Source of the DNA: an uncultured Candidatus Poseidoniales archaeon
GTDB lineage: Archaea > Thermoplasmatota > Poseidoniia > Poseidoniales > Poseidoniaceae
Direction: 5' to 3'
DNA length: 50,332 nt
Assembly: GCA_905182635.1 (NCBI GenBank)
Contig: CAJJCM010000033.1
Span: 1-50,332 of the forward strand
Shown here: positions 8,292 through 15,983 of the stretch, piece by piece
How the letters are laid out: the number at the start of each line of letters is the position of its first letter
How positions within the stretch are numbered: the stretch's first letter is position 1
The notes under the pieces: generated by a model
Told to the model about the DNA's origin: nothing
The model's database searches: none
What the model saw: only the letters and a program-made list of their open reading frames with translations
Made by a program: the position numbers and the translations under genes

Positions 8292-8583
8292 GGACATGCG
8301 CTATCCTCAGCAAACCCACATACTTTCTCCATCCCGTTACCCCACAGCACACATGGCTCCGAGTAGGGCTGCTCCGTTCCCGGCCTGACCTATTCCCCCG
8401 GTTATTCGATTCCTGTTTCCCTCCGGAAACAGTTCACAACACCCGAGTCATGTGGGGGCGAGACATCAACGTCCGCATGTGGAAACCAAGGAGCCGCTTT
8501 CGCCGCCCAAAGGCGTTCAGCCCACCGTGAAGACGATTTGTGGTACAGGGTACGCCTAGCTCCCCACCTATCCCATCATGTCC
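8292..8583 (-). ncRNA. Signal recognition particle RNA (7S/SRP RNA), archaeal type; ends +/- 15 nt
   Basis: The minus strand reads GGUCAGGCCGGGAACGGAGCAGCCC (helix-8 SRP54-binding motif, compare bacterial GGUCAGGUCCGGAAGGAAGCAGCC). There is a perfect hairpin CUGUUUCC-GGAG-GGAAACAG (helix 6). The Alu-domain motif is AGGCGUACCCUGUACCAC...GGUGG. The termini GGACAUG and CAUGUCC can pair. The region is locally GC-rich and is covered only by ORFs with no protein-like features. Confidence 0.8.
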
Positions 8584-8637
8584 TACAACTGACTGTATTT
8601 GAACGCAACGCTTGCTTACTTTCGAGCGTTTACGATG

Positions 8638-9033
8638 TCAAACTTCTTCTTCTTCATACTTCGAAGGGCACGAAGTTTTGATGATTTGTGCCTCTAAAAC
8701 ATATTCACCATCGATGTAATGCAGGATGCCTTGGGCATAAACAGTACGATTATCCCCTAACCCATTTGACACAGATGCATCCATGTAGTCAATTCGTAAA
8801 GTGTATGAAGAGCCATGCAATTGAAATTCATTTTGAGATGCGTTAATACTTCCATCGACAATTTCTCCACGGACTGCTATTTCACGGTCAAGATATGAAG
8901 AGGGGTCATCCATCACTTCATCAACAGTACGCGTCGGTTCAGGCGCCTCAATCAAGATGACACCGAGAAGACCCAAAGTGATGACAGCGCCAATAAGAAG
9001 GATTCTGATTCGTCGAGAAAACATGTAGGTCAC
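8638..9033 (-). CDS. ccmE: CcmE-like OB-fold haem chaperone, CxxxY variant, N-terminal signal anchor
   Basis: The layout parallels E. coli CcmE. There is a basic N-terminus plus TM (SRRIRILLIGAVITLGLLGVIL), an OB-fold core (EIAVRGEIVDGSI...TLRIDY...VYAQGIL) and a C-terminal TSCPSKYEEE, where classical CcmE has H-x-x-x-Y. CPSKY lies at nt 8656-8670. Confidence 0.55.
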   Translation of the reverse strand: MTYMFSRRIRILLIGAVITLGLLGVILIEAPEPTRTVDEVMDDPSSYLDREIAVRGEIVDGSINASQNEFQLHGSSYTLRIDYMDASVSNGLGDNRTVYAQGILHYIDGEYVLEAQIIKTSCPSKYEEEEV

Positions 9034-9038
9034 CTTGA

Positions 9039-10169
9039 TTATGCCGTAATTCGGTGGGAAAAGCCAACCGCTTCCTGAAGAGTTGAGTATCCATGCTCTT
9101 TTAATTTTTTATCCAGACCATGAACAATGGATTTCGTAAGTCCTGCACCTTCGAAAACAAAGCCGCTGTAAGCCTGTAAAAGACAAGCACCTGCACCAAT
9201 TTTAGCCCAAGCATCTTCGGCAGAGAGAATTCCACCAACACCGATAATGGGCCATTCTCCATTTGTCAATGAATAAATCTGGTGTACAATATCGGTCGAA
9301 CGATTGGCGAGGGGCGATCCACTTAGTCCACCAGTTTGAGCAAATATTTGTTCTTCCGTGGTGGAAGAAGAGACGGGGCGTTCAGTCGTTGTATTGGTCG
9401 CAATAATCCCATCGCATCCTGCATCTCGTGCAGTTTTAACAATCGCAACTAATTGTTCATCGGAAAGGTCGGGTGAAATTTTGACCAATAACGGCTTGAT
9501 TTTTGATTGGGTCGATTCTGCATTCTTTTGGTTGACAAGCGTACAAGAATCAATAATCGATTCAAGTGCAGTATCGTGCTGAAGTTCACGTAAATTCGGT
9601 GTATTTGGCGACGATACGTTGATGACAAAAACATCACAGAAATCCCATAATCGGTCCATAGTTTGTGCATAATCGTTTGGTGCATCTTCGAGAGATGTAA
9701 TTTTAGATTTCCCCAAATTCGCCCATAGAGGTACTGAAGGTGAGCCAAATTTTGCAAAGTGCTGCTGTAATTGCTGAGCGACTTTCTGTGAACCTGGATT
9801 GTTGAATCCCATACGGTTTACCAGAGACCGAGAGGGTGTAGCTCGAAACATTCGAGGTTTCGGATTCCCATCTTGCTCATGCTCGGTAACTCCACCTATT
9901 TCGATAAATGACACACCAATCGCCTCCCATCCGCGCAGTGCTTCAGCCCGTTTATCAAGTCCAGCCGCATTGCCAAACGGATGTTGATAGGTCTGGCCAA
10001 AACAATGTATTGGTATATTCTTACGTGGACGATACAACAATGAGAGGACGCCACGAGTAAGTGGATTGGAAGAGAACGCCCTAAGAATCAGCAATGCTCG
10101 GCCATGGGCTTTTTCCGAATCTTGAACACGCAATGTCGGCCGAACAAAGACTCGGTAACCTATGCCCAT
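9039..10169 (-). CDS. pyrD: Dihydroorotate dehydrogenase (quinone), class 2
   Basis: GNAAGLDK, NRMGFNNPG and catalytic-Ser motif VINVSSPNTPNLR are present. The class-2 type N-terminal extension is MGIGYRVFVRPTLRVQDSEKAHG, and the C-terminal motif is GGLSG...IIGVGGI. Confidence 0.85.
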   Translation of the reverse strand: MGIGYRVFVRPTLRVQDSEKAHGRALLILRAFSSNPLTRGVLSLLYRPRKNIPIHCFGQTYQHPFGNAAGLDKRAEALRGWEAIGVSFIEIGGVTEHEQDGNPKPRMFRATPSRSLVNRMGFNNPGSQKVAQQLQQHFAKFGSPSVPLWANLGKSKITSLEDAPNDYAQTMDRLWDFCDVFVINVSSPNTPNLRELQHDTALESIIDSCTLVNQKNAESTQSKIKPLLVKISPDLSDEQLVAIVKTARDAGCDGIIATNTTTERPVSSSTTEEQIFAQTGGLSGSPLANRSTDIVHQIYSLTNGEWPIIGVGGILSAEDAWAKIGAGACLLQAYSGFVFEGAGLTKSIVHGLDKKLKEHGYSTLQEAVGFSHRITA

Positions 10170-10647
10170 ACCATGCCCTCGAAGCGGTATCCTTCAAATC
10201 TTCCGCCCTCTAGGACTGTCTGTGCGGATAGATGACCCACTCTGGCCAGTTGTGCGAGAAACTTCTCGAGTCCTTTTGAGAAGAGACAATTTGCACCTTG
10301 AAATCCCTGTAGAATTCAAAGAAGATATCGAAAGTCTATTCTTGGAAATGAGTGACTACCAACCAGCAAAACTACACGTTCCTACTTTTGAAATAAGTTT
10401 GCGTAACGATGTATGTATCTCTCAACGAGAACAGGAAGGGGGTGAACTTCAGATGATTGGTTATATCGGAATGGAGGAGCCTGGACAGAATGTGAGGTGG
10501 GTGAAAATGCCAACGTATGAAGGATGGAAGGAAGTTGTTTCTGCTTGCCATGAACTCCATGAGGCAGGCTATCCTGGTTGTATTGGTTGCGGCGGACCAA
10601 ATTCGGAATTGCCATGGGATGAGAACAAATCCCGGTCTCGGCTGTAG
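10162..10647 (+). CDS. Hypothetical small protein (start uncertain; ATG at 10348 would give 99 aa)
   Basis: This is the only long ORF in the pyrD/topoisomerase spacer. The distal start would overlap the pyrD start codon divergently, so an internal start is likely. The C-terminal motif is GYPGCIGCGGP. No family was recognised. Confidence 0.35.
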   Translation: MPIPCPRSGILQIFRPLGLSVRIDDPLWPVVRETSRVLLRRDNLHLEIPVEFKEDIESLFLEMSDYQPAKLHVPTFEISLRNDVCISQREQEGGELQMIGYIGMEEPGQNVRWVKMPTYEGWKEVVSACHELHEAGYPGCIGCGGPNSELPWDENKSRSRL

Positions 10648-10757
10648 TAAAATAATTTCTCGCATCTTTGGATTTTGCTCTACAGATACAAGAGTATCTG
10701 TTCATTGACCTCGGATATAAGAGAGTTCAAGTAGCCTCGTCGGTCGCATGTAAAATC

Positions 10758-13505
10758 ATGAGCGTCGTCATTGTTGCAGAGAAACCGAGTGTAGCCAATG
10801 ACATCGCACAAGTTCTTGGCGCATCATCAAAAACAGATACTCACTGGGAAGGAAATGGAATTATTGTCACCTGGGCGATTGGGCATTTGTTGCAACTGAA
10901 GTACATGGATGACTACGATGAAGCCTTTAAGGATTGGAGAAAAACGGTTGACCGCTTGCCATATATCCCTGACTCATTTGAATACAAACCAATTGGTGGA
11001 AGAGGCAAAAAGCAACTTTCTGCAATCACAAAACTCATAAAAGCAAAAGATGTAACTGAAATCGTTAATGCTTGCGACGCTGCAAGAGAAGGCGAATTAA
11101 TTTTTAGAACAATTGTTCAGCACACTAAATCTAAAGTGAAAAGTTCCAGAATGTGGCTTCAGTCAATGACACAAGATTCGATTCAAAAAGCGTGGGACGA
11201 GCGTTTGGATGGGGAGGAATACTCCGCACTCAGAGATGCTGCTTATTCACGTTCTGAAGCTGATTGGATTATCGGTATGAACGGCTCTCGAATTGCAAAC
11301 TCATTTCTTCCGCGAAAAAAGAATGAACGCGTAGCCATTTCACTCGGTCGTGTACAGACCGCTACCTTGGCAATGATTGTTGAACATGAATTGCATGTTT
11401 TGGGTCATATACCGTTACCATATTGGCAACTCGAGGCGGACTTCAAATCAGGTGATGCTGAATGGAAAGGACGTTGGGAGCGCAACAACCATGTTGATGA
11501 CCCAGACCAACCCGATTACAAATCACACCGAATAATTGAGCAAGCAGAACATGACAATTTGAATACGATCTTAAATTCTGGGAAAATGGCTACAATAAAG
11601 CAAACTCAGCGAGAATCTGTTGAAAAACCACCTTTGAATTTTGACCTTACAAGTCTTCAGAGAGAAGCAAATAATATATTCAGTTGGTCTGCAAAGAAAA
11701 CTCTTGGAGTCGCACAAGACTTGTATGATTCGTTCAAACTTACGACATACCCACGTACCGATTCACGCCATTTGCCTGAGGATATGCATGAGCAAATTGC
11801 TAAAACTATTCGTCAACTTGGTGCCCAAGGAGAGTATAATACTCACTCGACACGAATCATTGATGATGGAATGGAAAATGCTGGTAGAAACTTTGACAAT
11901 TCTAAAGTGAGTGACCACTTTGCCATTATTCCAACTGGGAAAATACCTGAAGGCAATTTGAATTCAGACCATACACGTCTCTATGACCTCATCGTTCGAA
12001 CATTCTTAGCATCATGGCACCCACAGGCTACATGGGATGTACAAAAGCGTACAGCGACACTCGATGGTGAAAACTTCATCAAGGAATCCCGTGCTATCAA
12101 GGTCGAAGGATGGCGAGCTGTTCGTCCAAAGAAGCAATCCTTGCCTGATGGCTGGAATGTCCTACCAAGTAATCCCTGTGATGGTTCAATCGAATCATTT
12201 GAATTTTCTGAAGAAAAATCAAAACCGAAAGGTCGTTTGAAGGAAGCAGGACTCCTGAGATTAATGGAACATGCTGGTAAACAAATCGATGATGAAACTT
12301 TAGCAGAAGCAATCAAAGATAAGGGACTTGGAACGCCTGCAACTCGGGCTGACACAATCGAAAAACTGGTTGACCGAGGATATATTCAACGTTCACGAGG
12401 TGGAAGTATAAGTGCTACTGCACATGGAATCCGAATCATTGACGTGTTAAGAAAAATCCCTGTTGAATGGATTACTTCGCCTGAAATGACCGGTGAGATG
12501 GAATCGTCTCTCCTCCGTGTTCAACGAGGAGAAGAACCACGTGAGAATTATATGAACGCAGTGATTGAACAAACGACCGTGATGGTTGAACGAATTAAAA
12601 ATCACGACCGAACTGAATTGTATATGAATGAGCCTTCAATTGGAGATTGTTTGGTGTGTAAAAGTAAAATTATTGAAACGACACTTACCTATCAATGTGA
12701 AAAGAATGAAGGTCGAGAAAAAGGATGTTCATTTGTGTTCTGGAAGGATACCTCCGGAAGATGGTTCGACCAACCTACGGCTATGCGCCTCTTAGAAAAC
12801 CGTCAAATCGATGATTTACATGGATTTTTCAATCGAACCGGTGAACCCTATATTGCATCGGTCAAGCTAACCAATGATGGAAAGGTCGAATTTATCGGTG
12901 GTGGTGAATCCTCATCCGATGCCTCTGATGAGGAAGTTTGCCCATGTCCAGCATGCGATCATGGTACGATTCGAATAGGACAAACCATGTATGCTTGTGA
13001 TCATGATGAGTGTAAATTCCGTGGAGTTTCTAAAGAAATGTGTAAGCGACCGATTTCTGCTGATGAAGCAAAACAGATTCTTGTTAATGGTAAATCAGAA
13101 TTACTTGAAGATTTTACATCGAAGCGTGGCCGTCCTTTCAAGGCATTTCTAGTTCGTGACAATAATCGTATTAAATTTGAATTCCCACCACGAGAAGCTG
13201 CTGCAGATGCAACTCGATTTACTGTTGTTGAGGGCGTCGTTGGTATATGTCCGACACACAAGGTAAACATCGTCGAAACTGAGACGCATTACCAACCTGA
13301 AGAAGGTTCCAGCGGTTGTACAATACAAATATTGAGAGAAGTATCCAAAAGAGAAATCACACGAGAAGAGGCAAAGGTTCTCATCGAAAAGAGAGAAATT
13401 GGCCCGTATGATGATTTTATATCGAAGAAGACTGAACGTGAATTTTCATCAAAATTGTATCTAAAGAAGAACGAATCTATTGGATACAAGTTTGCAAAGC
13501 GCTGA
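10758..13505 (+). CDS. Type IA DNA topoisomerase (Topo I/III-like) with Zn-ribbon and triple C-terminal-repeat tail
   Basis: The TOPRIM N-terminus is MSVVIVAEKPSVANDIA...IVTWAIGHL, with DAAREGELIF and the catalytic region TTYPRTDSRHL. The C-terminus carries Cys clusters (CLVCKS...CEKN..GCSF; CPCPACDHG...YACDHDECKF). Three ~48-aa repeats end GEPYIASVKLTNDGKVEF, GRPFKAFLVRDNNRIKFEF and REFSSKLYLKKNESIGYKF. The ATG at 10758 was chosen over the distal ORF start. Confidence 0.85.
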   Translation: MSVVIVAEKPSVANDIAQVLGASSKTDTHWEGNGIIVTWAIGHLLQLKYMDDYDEAFKDWRKTVDRLPYIPDSFEYKPIGGRGKKQLSAITKLIKAKDVTEIVNACDAAREGELIFRTIVQHTKSKVKSSRMWLQSMTQDSIQKAWDERLDGEEYSALRDAAYSRSEADWIIGMNGSRIANSFLPRKKNERVAISLGRVQTATLAMIVEHELHVLGHIPLPYWQLEADFKSGDAEWKGRWERNNHVDDPDQPDYKSHRIIEQAEHDNLNTILNSGKMATIKQTQRESVEKPPLNFDLTSLQREANNIFSWSAKKTLGVAQDLYDSFKLTTYPRTDSRHLPEDMHEQIAKTIRQLGAQGEYNTHSTRIIDDGMENAGRNFDNSKVSDHFAIIPTGKIPEGNLNSDHTRLYDLIVRTFLASWHPQATWDVQKRTATLDGENFIKESRAIKVEGWRAVRPKKQSLPDGWNVLPSNPCDGSIESFEFSEEKSKPKGRLKEAGLLRLMEHAGKQIDDETLAEAIKDKGLGTPATRADTIEKLVDRGYIQRSRGGSISATAHGIRIIDVLRKIPVEWITSPEMTGEMESSLLRVQRGEEPRENYMNAVIEQTTVMVERIKNHDRTELYMNEPSIGDCLVCKSKIIETTLTYQCEKNEGREKGCSFVFWKDTSGRWFDQPTAMRLLENRQIDDLHGFFNRTGEPYIASVKLTNDGKVEFIGGGESSSDASDEEVCPCPACDHGTIRIGQTMYACDHDECKFRGVSKEMCKRPISADEAKQILVNGKSELLEDFTSKRGRPFKAFLVRDNNRIKFEFPPREAAADATRFTVVEGVVGICPTHKVNIVETETHYQPEEGSSGCTIQILREVSKREITREEAKVLIEKREIGPYDDFISKKTEREFSSKLYLKKNESIGYKFAKR

Positions 13506-13569
13506 GAACTCATTCTTTCGAGTCATGGCAGAGCGAAGGTTGATGTCCGACCGACTCCGGACTTGAACC

Positions 13570-14784
13570 ATGAAGCAGTCCGATTGGGATGTCATCATCG
13601 TTGGCGCAGGGCCAACAGGTGGCCGGACAGCGACTCACTTAGCATCACTTGGGCATCGCGTTTTGATGCTTGAAGAGCATACTGAAATTGGACGCCCGTT
13701 CCAATGTGCTGGTCTTGTCACGCCAAAGGCATTGCATGAAGTTGGCCTTTACGACTCTGTTCTAGAAGAAATTGACGGCGCACGAATTCACGGCCCAAGC
13801 GGTACTCTTGTTCCTGTTGGAACCGATGGTAAACTGCGAACCTATGTGGTGTGTAGAAAGAAGTTCGATCAAGGAGTGGTACAACAAGCCATGGAATCTG
13901 GCGCATCACTTTGGCTCAACTCTCAGCCACATTCTGCCGAAATTACTCCAGAGAAAGTCACACTCAATATTGAATCGAATGGAGAAAACTTGACACTCAA
14001 CTGCAAATTACTCATTGGTTGTGATGGAGCGCATAGTTGGACACGACGTTATTTCAAAATGGGCCGGCCCAAGGAGATGATGATTGGATTTCAAGTAGAA
14101 GTATTGGGATATAAGGGCAAAGATCGTTGGCTTGAAATGTACAGTGGGTCCGAAGTTGCCCCTGGTTTCTTTGCGTGGGTCATTCCATCTGGTTTTGGCA
14201 GTCATCGAATTGGTATTTGGTCAACGCCTGAACATTTGAAAGGGAGGAGCGTTGAACAATGCTATGAGGATTTGATACAACACCCACTATGGAAAGATCG
14301 CTTCGATGGGATCAAAGAAATCGCAAGATTTTGTGGTCCGATTCCCAGTGGTATGGTAAAGAAAACTGTGGCAGAACGGGTCATGCTTCTTGGCGATGCT
14401 GCGGGAATGGCAAAACCAACAACAGGTGGTGGAATTGGTCCCGGATTTAAACAAATTAAGGGTATTCTTCAACCCCTAAGTAAAGCTATTTTTGATGATG
14501 AACTGTCTGAAAAGAATCTTAAGAAGGTAACCTCAAAACATTTCCAATCTATGAAAAGAGACCAAGACAAAGCACGTTCCTTGAGAAATTTACTGGTCAG
14601 CGATACCAGTGACAAAGAATTGGACACCCACTTTGAAAATTTTGCTCGCCCTGATGTGCTTGAACTCATCAACGATATCGGCGATATCGAAAAACCGGTC
14701 CCACTCGGTCTGGCATTGTTGAGAAAGGTTCCAGCATTTCGAAGATTGGCCCTGAAAGCAGGGACGCGACTCATATTTAGATAG
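13570..14784 (+). CDS. Geranylgeranyl reductase family flavoprotein (archaeal lipid saturation type)
   Basis: The FAD fingerprint is WDVIIVGAGPTGGRTATHLASLGHRVLMLEE, with GCDGAHSW and LLGDAAGMAKPTTGGGI. Confidence 0.8.
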   Translation: MKQSDWDVIIVGAGPTGGRTATHLASLGHRVLMLEEHTEIGRPFQCAGLVTPKALHEVGLYDSVLEEIDGARIHGPSGTLVPVGTDGKLRTYVVCRKKFDQGVVQQAMESGASLWLNSQPHSAEITPEKVTLNIESNGENLTLNCKLLIGCDGAHSWTRRYFKMGRPKEMMIGFQVEVLGYKGKDRWLEMYSGSEVAPGFFAWVIPSGFGSHRIGIWSTPEHLKGRSVEQCYEDLIQHPLWKDRFDGIKEIARFCGPIPSGMVKKTVAERVMLLGDAAGMAKPTTGGGIGPGFKQIKGILQPLSKAIFDDELSEKNLKKVTSKHFQSMKRDQDKARSLRNLLVSDTSDKELDTHFENFARPDVLELINDIGDIEKPVPLGLALLRKVPAFRRLALKAGTRLIFR

Positions 14785-14866
14785 GGGTGATTTCATTTCT
14801 AAATTACAACTGGAACAAAGAATACGCTTTCCACCGTTCGAATCCTACAGGTTTATCGCTTCGGAA

Positions 14867-15940
14867 TTGCCAATTGCGACAAAGAGAATCGTTCTTGAAA
14901 GTGGAAAAAAAGATGACTTGATTGATACATTATCCGAACGTGTTCCGAGTTTTCGGCTCGGTGGAGAAGAAACTTGGCTTATTGAGCAACGCTATCTCAT
15001 TGATGGAAAACTCTTTGATGATACTCAAATCGAGCGAACTTCACATCATCTCGATAATTCTAAGCGACCGCTCGCCGTCAACAAACAACGCAGAGGTTGG
15101 TATCTCACACCAAATCCCATCCATTCTTTAGTTCGACGTTTCATTTCAGCGACTGTTGTAATTCTGTTAGTGGTACTCGGATATTTGTTTGTCGAGCCTG
15201 TTTTGAGTTCCTTTGGCATACCAGGGATAGGGACTGGTACTGTACGAATCGGCCCACTGGATTACCCAATGTTGGCAGTTATTATTGTGCCATTGCTCTT
15301 TTTACCGCTTGCTTTACGTGTGGGGGCCAACCTTGCAGATTTAGTTCAACAGAAAAAATTTATTAAATCATCTCCAAAAATACCAGTTATTGAAATTCTT
15401 GGTCAACCATCTGCAGGTAATCCTTTGAAATTAAAGATTAAACTTTCTGAAATTCGAGACGATTGGCATGATATCCAAGTGACCTGGAGAGTTGGTTCTC
15501 TTTCACCTGCTCGTGATGAAGTGTTCAGTTCACTGGGACATGCTGTATCAAATCAACCACCTCCCGGCCTTACCACTGAATTACCACATCATTGGGAAGT
15601 TGGACTGGATGATGGAACTGGCGGGGGTGAAGAGGCCCCTATGGAACATCATAAAGTAAAGGGCGGGCTCTTTCTTCGACCTATGCGAATTATGGAATTC
15701 GGAGGAAGGAGCGAACTGAAAGATGGGGAAATTATTCTCACACCACCAAAATTGAATTGGCCAGGTACTGTTTCCTCTCCAATCATTCGCATCCATTGGG
15801 AACTCATCGTAAGTATCCAACGTAAAAAAGGAGGCCCATTGTTGTGGGTTCTGCCTTTGGCAGTTCGCCATCCAAAGCGTAGTTCAATCATCGAAATGCC
15901 CCCGACAAATGATGGTAGAACTGAATCAGATTCAGTATAA
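14867..15940 (+). CDS. Hypothetical membrane protein: ~100-aa N-terminal soluble part, hydrophobic helices, ~200-aa beta-rich C-terminal domain
   Basis: The ORF is TTG-initiated. Its helices are ATVVILLVVLGYLFV and MLAVIIVPLLFLPLAL. The C-terminal part (VIEILGQPSAGNPLKLKIKL...IIRIHWELIVSIQRKKGGPLLWVLPLAV) has an arrestin/Spo0M-like strand pattern, which is a weak inference. Confidence 0.45.
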   Translation: MPIATKRIVLESGKKDDLIDTLSERVPSFRLGGEETWLIEQRYLIDGKLFDDTQIERTSHHLDNSKRPLAVNKQRRGWYLTPNPIHSLVRRFISATVVILLVVLGYLFVEPVLSSFGIPGIGTGTVRIGPLDYPMLAVIIVPLLFLPLALRVGANLADLVQQKKFIKSSPKIPVIEILGQPSAGNPLKLKIKLSEIRDDWHDIQVTWRVGSLSPARDEVFSSLGHAVSNQPPPGLTTELPHHWEVGLDDGTGGGEEAPMEHHKVKGGLFLRPMRIMEFGGRSELKDGEIILTPPKLNWPGTVSSPIIRIHWELIVSIQRKKGGPLLWVLPLAVRHPKRSSIIEMPPTNDGRTESDSV

Positions 15941-15983
15941 TCTGTGCAACACATTCAAGACTCGCTTCTCTCCTCTTTGGTTC

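Noticed and set aside
8075-8530. 151-aa plus-strand ORF (and the 62-aa minus-strand ORF 8162..8350) in the archease/ccmE-like spacer
   Set aside because: Both lie entirely over the SRP RNA gene. The translation is Pro/Arg/Trp-rich with no protein-like features, so the open frames are a by-product of the GC-rich structured RNA.
8970-9033. Twin-arginine signal on the CcmE-like protein (MTYMFSRRIRILLIG)
   Set aside because: A basic N-terminus followed by an uncleaved TM anchor is the standard CcmE topology (compare E. coli MNIRRKNRL...). No Tat-type S/T-R-R-x-F-L context or cleavage site is present.
10170-10760. Possible RNase P RNA. The plus strand has, in the right order, CGAAAGUCU (CR-I-like), GGUGGGUGAAAAUGCC (GGGUGAAA-like) and GAGAACAAAUCCCGGUCUCGGCU (CR-V-like), and several reading frames are open here.
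   Set aside because: The CR-I-like and CR-V-like segments cannot form helix P4 (AAGUCUAU has no complement in CCCGGUCUCGGCU). The region is not GC-enriched, unlike the SRP RNA locus. A 161-codon ORF with protein-like composition spans it. It is treated as a hypothetical CDS instead. A cmscan with RNase P models would settle it.
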